Assembly: GCA_030390025.1 (NCBI GenBank)
Contig: CM059432.1
Location: 31,250,001-31,314,000 of the forward strand
Source: Squalus acanthias
Taxonomy: Eukaryota
DNA length: 64,000 nt
Direction: 5' to 3'
Program-made: the position numbers and the translations under genes
Shown: in pieces, positions 1-11,428 of the stretch
Layout of the letters: every line of letters starts with the position of its first letter
How positions within the stretch are numbered: the stretch's first letter is position 1
The notes under the pieces: generated by a model
The model's database searches: none
What the model was told of the DNA's origin: nothing
The model's input: the letters and a program-made list of their open reading frames with translations, nothing else

Positions 1-153
1 TGAATGCTGTGTTTATAAGCAAATGTCAGACTGCACAATTTAAATCCCGACAGATGACGAATGGGCTGATGGGAGCTGTGGAATCGTGCCCCAACATGGG
101 ACATGCTTTCAGGAGAGGAAAGGAGAATAGGGGACAAAATTTATAGAATCACC

Positions 154-1913
154 GGGGGTGGAATTGGGCTTGTTAGCGCCTGTTTTTTGGGCTCTACGAG
201 GCCCCTTAAGGTTCCAAAATGGCATCCATGGTGCGCGCACACACTTCAGGCGTGCAGTGTGCCAGACACCATATTGGTAAAGGGCTCCACGCACCAGCCT
301 ACAGCTTCTCTTAACCTCCCACAGCTGAACACACGTTCAATGGCATGAAGGATCCCCCACCAGCACTATTTAAAAGGATCATCAAATAATTACAGGTTAG
401 TTGCTGGATTGTTTCTTCTGGCTGTTGCAGCAATTCTACACATTTTGGGTGCATTTCCATACTTGTTAAAAGTTTCAATAATCTACAGGTCTGGCTGGTG
501 CTGAAGTACTTTTTTGATGACTTAAAGGCTTGTGCACAAATTAGTTGCTTCCAGACATGGGTGGCCTAGTACAGCTTCCTCTTAGTATTAGCTTGACTGA
601 AAGAATGAGCAGATGCCACGCAGAGTAGGACAAGCTGCTAGAAGAGGGAGAAGGAGGAGGGGGGGGGAAAAGGGCTCTCAGCAGGAGGCCATATCCGCAG
701 AGCAGATCTGTTGGAGAACAGGTTGCAAGATTGCTGTGACGCCCTGGAAGCCCCTTTGTACCCTGGTAGCCAAAGCCATGATGGCAGCAGTCTGAGGTTT
801 CATGGCAGCAAGCTGAGATTGCATGGCAGCAGTCTGAGTTTCCACTGCACCATTCAGACATTGGGTGGCTTCTGCTTGTGCTGCAGTAGAAGCTGAGACA
901 TTAGCCATCAGGCGCTGCATCATGGTTGGCTTCACAGGTGTGTTGATAGAGGTGGCTACCTGTTCCATGTTGAAAAAAATGGGCTCCAAGCTCGGTGCAA
1001 AGCCCTGTGCCAAGTTGGTGCTGGACTCCTCCATGCTCCTTGACATTGAACGCAGTCCTTCTGGCAGGCTTTCCAGTGCACCAAGCATTTGGGTGTGTAC
1101 ACCCATCAGCCTTCTCCTGTAGCCTGGCCTATCGACGTCAACATCTGCAGCAGAACTAGTGTGCAACCTCGCCCTCTAACAAGCTTGCACCTGCGCTATC
1201 CTTTCCCCCAGACCTGGCTCCAGCGCACTTGTGCAGATCCCACCTCCATGCTATCCTTTAAATTACGTGCAGTGTCAGTATCTGAGCTGGTGGCTGCAAC
1301 CGTGCAATCGGGTGGCAGTGTGTCTTAATCTTCACTGTCTTCTTGCTCTTCCTCCACTGCCTGGGTAGGTTCCAGTTCTTGGGTATCTAAAAGGGAAAAG
1401 GGACAAGGGTAGGGTTGTGGTGAGGGGAGAGGAGAAAGTAAGGAGTGCATGCTTACACCACCAGCACTTCTCAGTCCGAAGAGATGTTGGATGAGGGAGA
1501 AGTGCGATGAGAGAAGGGGGATTAGGTATAAGGATACCGTCATCTTCAATGACTCCAATCCCACTGGTGGCCACGGCCTCAGCAATGGCCCTTCCCATAA
1601 TGGCCAGCACTGTCTCCTCCTTGGGAAGTCAGAACATGCAGCGGCACCTCTCCCCCTCCGGTTAGTTCCGGATTTTTCCAGTTGCGCGCCACCTTCTCCT
1701 GCAAGAGAAAGGGAAGAGTATCAGTCGTGCAGGCTAACTTTAAGAAGTGCAAGTTACTAACGATATTGGCCCCCCTGTTGCTGCGTACAGCCAATGAACA
1801 GTGCAGGAAGTGCTGGCGGCATGCAGAAATCATTATAATGAGCAGGCAGCACGAAGTTGGTGATGCGCGATTAACCCACGCCTGGTTTTGGGGGCTAACC
1901 AATTTATAGCCCC
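154..1913. mobile_element. Internally deleted, non-autonomous PIF/Harbinger element
   Basis: Termini GGGGGTGGAATTGG...CCAATTTATAGCCCC resemble the ends of the full element at 21994-26141. The + strand keeps only a degraded transposase start (about 558-700, RRGRRRR...ALSRRPYP). The - strand keeps Myb-partner exon 2/3 remnants (ORFs 1332-1610 and 678-1166, GVHTQMLGALESLPEGL). It interrupts a CR1 3' tail. Confidence 0.8.
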
Positions 1914-2681
1914 ATGAATCCTACAGCACAGAAGGAGGCCATTCAGCCCATCGTGCTTGTGCCAGCTCTTTGAATGAGCTGTCCAATTTAGTCCCACACC
2001 CCAGCTTTTTCCTGCAAATTAGTCCTCTTCAAGTACATGTTCAATTGCCTTTTGAAAGTTCCTATAGAATCTGGTTCTACCACCCTAGTGCGTTCCAGGT
2101 CTTAACAGCCCTCTGTGTGAAGAAATTTCTCCTCATTTCCCCTCTAGTACTTTTGCCAATTCTTTTAAATCTATGTTCTCTGGTTACCAACCCATTTTCC
2201 AGAGGTAAAAGTTTCTCCCTACCTGCTCTATCAAAACCCCTCAAAATTTTGAATACCTCTATAGATCTCCCCTTAACGTTCCCTGCTCTAAGGAGAACAA
2301 TGACAGCTTCTCCTATTTCTCCACATAACTGAAGTCCCTCATCTCTGGTATTATCCTGGTAAACCTCCTCTGTACCCTTTTCAAGGCCTTGACATCCTTT
2401 CTAAAATGTGGTGCCCAGAATTATACACAATACTCTAGCTGAGGCCTAGCCAGTGATTTGTAAAGGTTTAGCATGTCTTCCTTGTTTTTGTATTCAATGC
2501 CATTATTTACAAAGCCAAGTATACCATACATTTTCTTAACCGCTTTATCAACTTGCCCTGCTACCTTCAAAGATGTGTTCATATGCATCCCCGGGTCCCT
2601 CTGCTTTTGCACCGCCTGTCAAAATAGTACCATTTAGATTATACTGCCTCTCCAGTATTTCCAGGATTTCCAGCTCTTCCC

Positions 2682-2718
2682 AGTTCTGATGAAAGGTCAT
2701 CGACCTGAAACGTCGATT
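2682..2718 (+). ncRNA. Minimal type I hammerhead ribozyme motif (first tandem copy, 3' strand of stem I imperfect)
   Basis: AGTT-CTGATGA-A-AGGTC-ATC-GACCT-GAAA-CG-TC-GATT. Confidence 0.6.
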
Positions 2719-2731
2719 TCCAGCTCTTCCC

Positions 2732-2768
2732 AGTTCTGATGAAAGGTCATCGACCTGAAACGTCAACT
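2732..2768 (+). ncRNA. Minimal type I hammerhead ribozyme motif
   Basis: AGTT-CTGATGA-A-AGGTC-ATC-GACCT-GAAA-CG-TC-AACT. Stem I is AGUU/AACU, stem II is 5 bp, stem III is the palindrome ACGU, and the cleavage triplet is GUC. Confidence 0.8.
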
Positions 2769-2965
2769 CTCTTTCTCTCTCCACGGATGCTGCCTGGCCT
2801 GCTGAGTTTTTCCAGCGTTTTCTGTTGTTATTTCGGATTTCCAGCATCTGCAGTATTTTGCTATCATACTGCCTCTCCATGTTGTTTCTCCTAAAGTGCA
2901 TCACTTTACACATATCCGCATTAAATTGCACCTGCCATATGTCTGCCCATTTCACCTGTCTGCCT

Positions 2966-5830
2966 AGAATCATAGAATCATAGAATGGTTACAGCACGGA
3001 AGAAGGCCATTCGGCCCGTCGAGCCCGTGCCAGCTCCTTGCAAGAGCACCTCAGCTAGTCCCACTCCCCCGCCCTTTCCCCGTAGCGCTGCAAATTTCTT
3101 TTCTTCAGATACTTATCCAACTCCCTTTTGAAAGCCGTGATCAGTGCATTCCAGTTCTTAACCACTCACTGCATAAAAAAGTTTTTTCTTATGTCGCCTT
3201 TGGTTCTTTTGTCAATCACCTTAAATCTGAGTCCTCTGGTTCTCGATCATTCTGCCAATGGGAACAGTTTCTCTCTATCTACACTGTCCAGACCCCTTAT
3301 GATTTTGAACACCTCTATCAAATCTCCTCTCAATCTTCTCTGCTCCAAGGAGAACAATCCGAGCTTCTCCAGTCTATCAACATAACTGAAGTCCCTCATT
3401 CCTGGAATCATTCTCGTAAATCTTTTCTGCACCCTCTCTAAGGCCTTCACATCCTTCCTAAGGTGTGGTGCCCAGAATTGGACACAATACTCCAGTAGGG
3501 GCCGAGCCAGTGTTTTATATAGGTTCATCATAACTTCCTTGCTTTTGTACTCTATACCGCTATTCATGAAGCCCAGGATCCCGTAAGCCTTTTTAACTGC
3601 TTTCTCAACCTGCCCTGCCACCTTCAACGATTTGTGCACATATACCCCCAGGTCTCTCTGTCTGTGCACCCCCTTCATTAACCCTTTTGTTTATATTGCC
3701 TCTCATTCTTTCTACCAAAATGTATCACTTCACACTTTTCTGCGTTAAATTTCATCTGCCACGTGTCCGCCCATTTCACCAGACTGTCTATGTCTTCCTG
3801 AAGTCTATCACTATCCTCCTCACTGTTCACTATACTTCCAAGTTTTGTGTCAGCTGCAAATTTTGAAATTGTGCCCTGTAGACCCACGTCCAAGTCATTA
3901 ATATATATCAAGAAAAGCAGTGGTCCTAGAACCGACCCCTGGGAACACCACTGTATACCTTCCTCCAGTCTGAAAAACAACCGTTCACCACTACTCAACT
4001 GTACCTGAACTATTTCCTCTTTAAAGGCAGCCCATTGTTCCATTACAGTTTTGCCTGCCAATGTTTGATTCCAATTTACCTGGGCCAGATCCGTTCTCAT
4101 CCCACTGAAATTGACCTTCCCCCAGTTAAACATTTTCACTCTAGATTGCTCCCTGTCCTTTTCCATAGCTAATCTAAACCTTATGATACTATGATCACTG
4201 TTCCCTAAATGTTCACCTCATGACACTTGCTCCACTTGACCTACCTCATTCCCCAGAACCAGATCCAGCAATGCCTCCTCCCTCGTCGGGCCAGAAACAT
4301 ACTGATCAAGAAAGTTCTCCTGAACACACTTCAGAAATTCTTCCCCTTCTCTGCCCTTAACACTATTACGATCCCAGTCTATATTAGGATAGTTGAAGTC
4401 CCCCATTATTACTACTCTATAATTCTTGCACCTCTCTGTAATTTCTCTGCAAATTTGCTCCTCCATATCTTTCCCACTATTTGGTGGTCTATAGAATACA
4501 CCTAGTAGTGTAATGGCACCTCTATTATTTCTTAACTCTAGCCATTTGATGCTGTCCTTGACCCCTCCAGGACATCCTCCCTCTCCAGCACTGTAACATT
4601 CTCCTTGACCAATACTGCCACACCACCTTCCCTATCTTTCCTGAACACTTTCTAACCAGGAATATTTAATACCCAAGCCTGCCTTTTTTGAACCACGTCT
4701 CAGTTATTGCCACATCATATTCCCATGTGGCTATTTGTGCCTGCAGTTCACTTAACCTTGTTTACTACGCTTCGTGCGTTCACATACATACACTGTAAAC
4801 CCATCTTAGACCATCCTGTATTCTCTTTTAGTTTGACGCCCCTAATCCCTTACTATTTCTCACTTTAGTGCTCTCTGCCTCTCCCAATCCTTTCAGCACT
4901 TTATTTGCGCTTTCCAATGTTAAATCCTGTTGCCCAGGCCAAATTAGTTTAAACCCTCCCCAACAGCACTAGCAAACCTCCCCACGAGGATATTGGTTCC
5001 GACCCTGTTGAGGTGCAACCCATCCGGCCTGTACAGGTCCCACCTCCCCAGAACCAGTCCCAATGCCTCAGGAGTCTAAAGCCCTCCCTCCTGCACCATC
5101 TCTCCAGCCACGCATTCATCTGCGCTATCCTCCTATTTCCATACTCACTCGCGTGTGGCACCGGGAGTAATCCAGAGATTACTACCTTTGAGGTTCTGCT
5201 TTTTAGTCTCTTTCCTAGCTCCCTGAAATCTGCCTGCAGGACCTCATCCCTCTTTCTAGTCATTGGTATGTCATTGGTACCAATATGGACCACAACCTCT
5301 GGCTGTTCACCCTCCCGCCTCAGAATGTTCTGCAGCCGCTCAGTGACATCCTTGACCCTGGCACCAGGGAGGCAACATACCATCCTGGAGTCACGTCTGC
5401 GGCCGCAGAAACGCCTCTCTGCTCCCCTAACTATCGAATCTCCTACCACTATTGCTTTCCCACTCTTCTTCCTCCCCCCCTGTACAGCTGAGCCATCCGT
5501 GGTGCCGTAGACTTGGCTCTGGCTATACTCCCCAGCGGAACCATCGCCCTCACCAGTACTCAGAACCGAATACTGGTTGGAGAGCGAGATGCACTCAGGA
5601 GACTGCTGCACTACCTGCCTGGTTCTCCTCTTCTGTCTGGTGGTCACCCATTCCCTTTCTGCCTGCACACTCTTTATCTGTGAGGTGACCACCTCCTGAA
5701 ACGTGCTATCCACAAATCTCTCAGTCTCATGGATGCACCGCAGTGAAGCCAGCTGCTGCTCAAGCTCCAAAACCCGGAGCTCGAGCTCCTCCAGCTGACG
5801 ACACTTCCTGCACATGTGGTTGTCTAGGAC
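2966..5830 (-). mobile_element. CR1/HER1-type LINE with ORF1, endonuclease, internally deleted RT and 3' tail
   Basis: ORF1 esterase motifs GDSIVRG, CCLPGARVKDV and VHIGTND (4949-5863). Endonuclease motifs MGDFNYPNIDW and LDLVL (4218-4466). RT C-terminus at 3247-3990. (ATTCTATG)n tail on the minus strand near 2966. Confidence 0.9.
4949..5820 (-). pseudogene. CR1 ORF1p (zinc finger/coiled coil plus SGNH esterase-like domain), frameshifted near the C-terminus
   Basis: CRKC...LELRVLELEQQL, GDSIVRG and GTND motifs in the ORF track. Confidence 0.85.
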
Positions 5831-5840
5831 ATGGGAAGAT

Positions 5841-6273
5841 TTATGTCCTACTATCCTGCTCACTATTTACTACATTGCTAAGTTTTGTATCATCCGCAAA
5901 CTTCGAAATTGCACTCCCTATAACCAAGATCAGGTCATTTATATATAACAAGAAAAGCAATGGTCCTAATACTGACCCCTTGGGGACCCCACTTCTTATG
6001 TCTTTCCAGTCAGAAAACCATCCGTTCACCACTAGTCTCTGCCTTCTATCCCTTAGCCAATCATGTACCCAAGTTTCCACCATCCCTTTAATACCGTGTA
6101 CTTCTACTTTCTGAATAAGTCTGTTATGTGGTACTTCTCCCGCATTGCAACAGTAACTTAAAAAAAAAGTACTTCATTGGCTGTAAAGCGCTTTGGGACA
6201 TCTGGTGGTCGTGAAAGGTGCTATATAAATGTAAGTCTTTCATTCTTTCTTTATCAAATGCCTTTTGAAAGTC
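5841..6273 (-). mobile_element. CR1 RT fragment interrupted by a SINE tail (about 6135-6245) and then a solo LTR
   Basis: SGVPKGSVLGPLLFLLYINDL...FADDTKL. Confidence 0.8.
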
Positions 6274-6850
6274 TGTAAGATGTGTAAATTTTTACTCCAG
6301 TCTAACAGTACTTAGAGTTCGGACCCGTATTGGAACAGACAACTCGAGACAAAGATTTCAGGGTAACTATTCTTTACTTAAAATCAACAGCGATTACAAG
6401 CAAGGACAAGCATACATACGTATTAACATCAGCGAGTGATCAGTTCAGCGGTGACTGGTAGGTTCTCTTCTCTGTGCGACCGATCAAGTCGCCCAACTCA
6501 CTGCAGAGCCCCTAGTGTCTTTCGACTGCACTTTATATACCCCAAAACTTAGCAGACCACCCAATGTGTACATGTCCCAGACCACGTTAACAATGGCCAG
6601 TAGTTGTTTTTCTTTCTCCTCTCCTTATCTGTTAGTCAGTGGGCCTCAAGACCGGTTACGCCATTGTCTGAAGAAGTTCTTGTTAACAATGGCTCGAATG
6701 TTTGTTTTGCAGAACTCTCAAGGCCCACTTCCTTATCTGTGATTGTTACGGAATTTGCCCAGTAACACGGCCCTCAGTCTCTCAAGGTATGCTGGTCCAT
6801 TAAATTTGGTCAACTTTGAGCTTAGTCAAGTTACTTGATGTATTCTTACA
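6274..6850 (-). mobile_element. Solo LTR (577 bp)
   Basis: Perfect inverted ends TGTAAGA...TCTTACA. 4-bp TSD AGTC at 6270-6273 and 6851-6854. Minus-strand TATA-like TATAAA at 6532-6537. Confidence 0.85.
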
Positions 6851-6859
6851 AGTCCCATG

Positions 6860-6972
6860 AGGGAAAGATTGGGTTGATTTGCGCCTCTCGTTAGCGCCCC
6901 TAGGGGCCGCTAATGGGGGCGCAAATCCCCTAGCGCCCGGGTGCAGCACCGCTAATGCCTTCCACGAAATTC
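6860..6972 (+). mobile_element. Harbinger left-end fragment
   Basis: GGGGAAAGATTGGGTTGATTTGCGCCTCTCGTTAGCGCC closely matches the left end of the full element (21994-22080). Confidence 0.7.
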
Positions 6973-7652
6973 AGCATTTAGAATTACAAAGATTCACGAC
7001 CCTCTGAGAGAAGAAATTCCTCCTCATCTCTGTCTTAAATGGGCGACCCCTTATTCTGAAACTATGCCCCCTAGTTCTAGATTCCCCCACGAGGGGAAAC
7101 ATCCTCTCAGCATCTACCCTGTCAAGCCCTCTCACAATCTTATATGTTTCAATAAGATCACCTCTCATTCTTCTAAACTCCAATGAGTATAGGCCCAACC
7201 TGCTCAACCTTTCCTCATAGGACAACCCCTTCATCCCAGGAATCAACCAAGTGAACCTTCTCTGAACTGCCTCCAATGCAAGTATATCCCTCCTTAAATA
7301 AGGGGACCAAAACTGTACGTAGTACTCCAGGTGTGGTCTCACCAACGCCCTGTACAGTTGTAGCAAGACTTCCCTACTTTTGTACTCCATCCCCCTTGCA
7401 ATAAAGGCCAACATTCCATTTGCCTTCCCAATTACCTGCTGTAGCTGCATGCTAACGTTTTGTATTTCATGTACGAGGACACCCAGATCCCGCTGTACCG
7501 CAGCATTCTGTAGTCTCCCTCCATTTAAATAATATTTTGCTTTTCTATTCTTCCTACCAAAGTGGATAACCTCACATTATCCCACGTTATACTCCATCTG
7601 CCAAATTTTTGCCCATTCACTTAACCTATCTATATCACTTTGCAGACTCTTT

Positions 7653-9163
7653 GGCCGCGATTTTGCCAGCGCTCAGAGGACGGGTTTGGAGGCGGGTCAG
7701 AGGTTAAAGTAGTTTTGATTGACGGCGGGTTCCGCACCCGCCGTCAACCCACCTCCACACAACCTTCCCAAGCGTCGGGTCCCCGATTTGCGAATGGACC
7801 CGACACCTAGCGGCAGGAAACGGATTAAAGGCAATTAACTGCCTATTAACAGGTACTTGTGAGCAGTTTTCAGGGTCTTTTTTGATTTTCCAGTTTCTGG
7901 GTCGGGTTTCACGGCATCCGGACAACACGCCAGGTAAGTATGGCGTGTTGTGAGTCTGGTCTGATGTTTCTGAAAAGATGACAGCTACAGAAGTGGTGTC
8001 AAGGATGCAATGTTGCATATGGTGAGTTTCAGAGCAAAGAAAATGTTGGTTACTGCATTTTTAATACATATACAGATTTCTTTAGCTTACAAGTTTTTAA
8101 ATCCAACTGTATGTCCAATGCCACCTCATTGGGAGAACCTCTCTCACCAGTGACAGATCACTTCTGTCATCTCACCTGCAGCTGCCATCTATTCCAGCAA
8201 CATCAGAGCCAATGAAACAATCAGAACTTGGTCCTCCGAATCCATCCACAATCATCCCCAACACCAACCTCATCATCAACCTTCGCCGCCATCACCTGAT
8301 GCTGCACTGGACACAGGGCATCAGCCCCTGACAAAATTGCTGGCCGGGAGGCCAGTGATGGCATCACCATGGCCAGACTTTCTTCACTTGATGCTGTAAA
8401 CCCTGGCTGCCACATGATGCGCCAGGTTGACACCATCCCACACCAGCACCATGAGGCAGGGGGTGGCGGGGGGAGTTATGACTGAACAATCACTGGAACT
8501 CAGTAAGTCACTTCTCAATGTGCGCTCAGATCTGTCCAATAAGGGGCACTTTTTGAAAAAGATATTTCACTGTATGACAACACATTACCAGAAACTTCAC
8601 ATGGACATTGGCTAAACCTCTCAAGTGCCCACCCTTGTGTGTTGTTAGTTGGTATGCTTGCAGTAGAATGAAGGTGAGTCTGAGAGGTGGCTAGTGAGAT
8701 GGGGAAGTGATAAAGTGATGGAGAGTTTTGGGTGGAGGTGCAAGGTAAGTTGGTGTCCTGGGGAGGTCTCTTCCACCCTTGGAAGGGAAGAGAACCTCCC
8801 TGCATACTGTGACTCCCTCCATAAACATATGGAGGGAGTCATTGGAGAGCCTGGGAGCAAGAGTTCACCTTTGTGCAGTGATTGTCAGTGTTTTCAGCAA
8901 CTCAATACTGTCAAACACTGAAAAATCAACTGTCAAAATAAAATTGTGCATGGTCCCTTTAAGGAAACTAGCAGATGACGCGTCATCAAATGACGTCATC
9001 AGACCCGCTTCCTGTCACTTGGCCGGTAAGCCTGCAGGGCGGGCTTAACAAGGCCAATCATGGGAAAATCACGTCTGTAGAGCGGAGGTAGCTGGGAACG
9101 GGACTGGAACCCGGAAATCAGCTGACGCGCACCCATCCCGACACCGAGGAGAAAATCGCGGCC
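7653..9163. mobile_element. Non-autonomous DNA transposon, probable second Harbinger family
   Basis: Perfect 12-bp TIR GGCCGCGATTTT...AAAATCGCGGCC. It splits the CR1 sequence GCAGACTCTTT|GTGTCCTCCTCACA. The interior resembles Myb-gene intron and promoter segments seen at 27220-27445 and 59400-59700. Confidence 0.75.
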
Positions 9164-9900
9164 TAAGTGTCCTCCTCACAACTTGCTTTCCCACCTATCT
9201 TTGTATCATCAGCAAATTTGGCTACAGTACACTCGGTCCCTTCATCCAAGTCATTAATATAGATTGTAAATAGTTGCGGCCCCAGCACTGATCCCTGTGG
9301 CACCCCACTAGTTATAGTTTGCCAACCTGAAAATGACCCATTTATCCCGACTCTCTGTTTTCTGTTAGTTAGCCAATCCCCTATCCATGCCAATATATTA
9401 CCCCCAACCCCGTGCACTCTTATCTTGTGCAGTAACCTTTTATGTGGCACCTTATCGAATGCCTTCTGGAAATCCAAATACACTACATCTACTGGTTCCC
9501 CTTTATCCACCCTGCTTGTTACATCCTCAAAGAACTCTACTAGATTTGTCAAACACGATTTCCCTTTCATAAAACCATGTTGACTCTGCTTGATTTTATT
9601 ATGATTTTCTAAATGTCCTGCTACTACTTCCTTAATAATAAATTCCAGCATTTTCCCAATGACAGATGTTAGGCTATCAGCCTATAGTTTCCTGCTTTCT
9701 GTCTCCTCCTTTCTTGAATATGGGCGTTACATTTGCGGTTTTCCAATCCGCTGGGACCTTTCCAGTGTCTAGGAAATTTTGGAAGATTACAACCAATGCA
9801 TCCACTATCTCTGCAGCCACTTCTTTTAAGACCCTAGGATGCAAGCCATCAGGTACAGGGGACTTGTCAGCCTTCAGTCCCATTAGTTTGCCTAGTACTT

Positions 9901-10164
9901 AGTTTAGAAGGGATTTGAGGGGAAATTTCTTCACCCAGAGGGTTGTGGGGGTCTGCAACTCATTGCCTGAAAGGGTGGTAGAGGCAGGAACCCTAACCAC
10001 ATTTAAAAAGTACTTGGATGTGCACTCGGGATGCTCTAACCTGCAGGGTTACGGACCAAGAGCTGGGAAGTGAGATTAGGCTGGATAACTCTTTGTTGGC
10101 CGGCGTGGACACGATGGGCCGAAATGGCCTCCTTCTGTGCTGTAACTTTCTATGATTCTATGAT
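9901..10164 (+). mobile_element. CR1 3' end fragment inserted antisense into an older CR1
   Basis: Highly similar to 54988-55247. Ends in TTTCTATGATTCTATGA. Confidence 0.85.
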
Positions 10165-11142
10165 ACTTTTTTCTCCAGTGATAGTGATTGTTTTACGTTC
10201 CTCCCTCCCTTTTGCCCCTTGATTTAACTCTATTATTGGAAAGCTTTTAGTGTCTTCTACCATGAAGACTGATACAAAATATTTGTTCAAAGTCTCTTTC
10301 ATTTCCCTATTTCCCATTATTAATTCCCCAGTCTCATCCTCTAATGGACCAACGTTTACTTTAGCTACTCTCTTCCTTTTTATATACTTGTAGAAGCTGT
10401 TACTGTCTGTTTTATATTTCTTGCTAGTTTACTCTCCTAATCTATTTTCTCCCTCTTTAATTTTTTTTTCATCCTTTGCAAGTTTCTGAACATTTTCCAA
10501 TCTTCTGCCCTACCACTAATCTTCGCAACATTGTATGCCTTTTCTTTCAATTTGAAACCCTCCTTAACTTCCTTAGTAAGCCACGGATGGTTCATCCTTC
10601 TCATAGAGTCTTTCTTTCTCACTGGAATATATCTTTGTTGCCCCCTGGTCCTAGACTCTCCAACCAGCAGAAATAGTTTTTCTCTATCTACTCTATCAGT
10701 TCTCCTTAATACCTTGATGTCAATCAAATCACGCCTTAACCTTCTAAATTCCAAGGAATGCAACTCTACTTTATGTAATCTCTCCTCGTAATTTAACCCT
10801 TGGGGTCCAGGTAACATTCTGGTAAATCAACGCTACACTCCCTCCAAGGCCAATATATCCTTCCTAAGAGTGGTGCCCAGACCTACTCATAATAACATAA
10901 GAACTATGAGCAGGAGTAAGCCACATGGCCCCTCAAGCATTCAATAAGATCTTGGCTGATCTTCGACCTCAACTCCACTTTCCTGCCCTATCCCCATATC
11001 CCTTACTTCCTCTGGAGTCCAAAAATCTATCTATCTCAGCCTTGAATATACTCATGATGTGGAGATGCCGGCGTTGGACTGGGGTGGACAAAAATGAGAA
11101 GTCGCACAACACCAGGTTATAGTCCAACAGATTTATTTAATT

Positions 11143-11181
11143 TTACAAGCTTTCGGAACAGTTCGCTCCTTCGTCAGGTAA
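11143..11181 (-). ncRNA. Minimal hammerhead ribozyme motif (left arm)
   Basis: Reverse complement of 11390-11428. Confidence 0.7.
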
Positions 11182-11389
11182 GTTAGCAGTGAGAGAATCT
11201 CCCAGAATTCACAATTTAAACACAGACAAAATATATTCAAATCTTTCCTACATCAAAGAGCACAGCCAAGACAATGACCCCCTGGGACACATCTCATTGT
11301 CTTGGCTGTGCTCTTTGATGTAGGAAAGATTTGAATATATTTTGTCTGTGTTTAAATTGTGAATTCTGGGAGATTCTCTCACTGCTAAC

Positions 11390-11428
11390 TTACCTGACGA
11401 AGGAGCGAACTGTTCCGAAAGCTTGTAA
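11390..11428 (+). ncRNA. Minimal hammerhead ribozyme motif (right arm)
   Basis: TTAC-CTGACGA-A-GGAGC-GAACT-GTTCC-GAAA-GC-TT-GTAA. Stem I is UUAC/GUAA, stem II is GGAGC/GUUCC, stem III is the palindrome AGCU, and the triplet is CUU. Confidence 0.7.

Larger units (their letters stand above)
2655..2865 (+). mobile_element. Short Penelope-like insertion with two tandem hammerhead motifs
   Basis: A 14-bp TSD ATACTGCCTCTCCA (2641-2654 and 2866-2879) flanks it inside the CR1. It holds a 50-bp direct duplication (2665-2714, 2715-2764). The same sequence follows the Penelope endonuclease remnant at 46639-47190. Confidence 0.8.
1914..2964 (-). mobile_element. CR1-type LINE 3' fragment (RT C-terminus plus 3' UTR)
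   Basis: ORFs 2421-2612 and 2548-2973 contain QVDKAVKK...LYKSLARPQLEYCV and WQVQFNADMCKVMHF. Confidence 0.85.
6975..10640 (-). mobile_element. CR1 LINE ORF2 fragment with nested insertions
   Basis: RT ORFs 6971-7450, 9163-9651 ([27 protein letters not shown]) and 9677-9883. The sequence resumes on both sides of 7653-9163 and 9901-10164. Confidence 0.9.
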
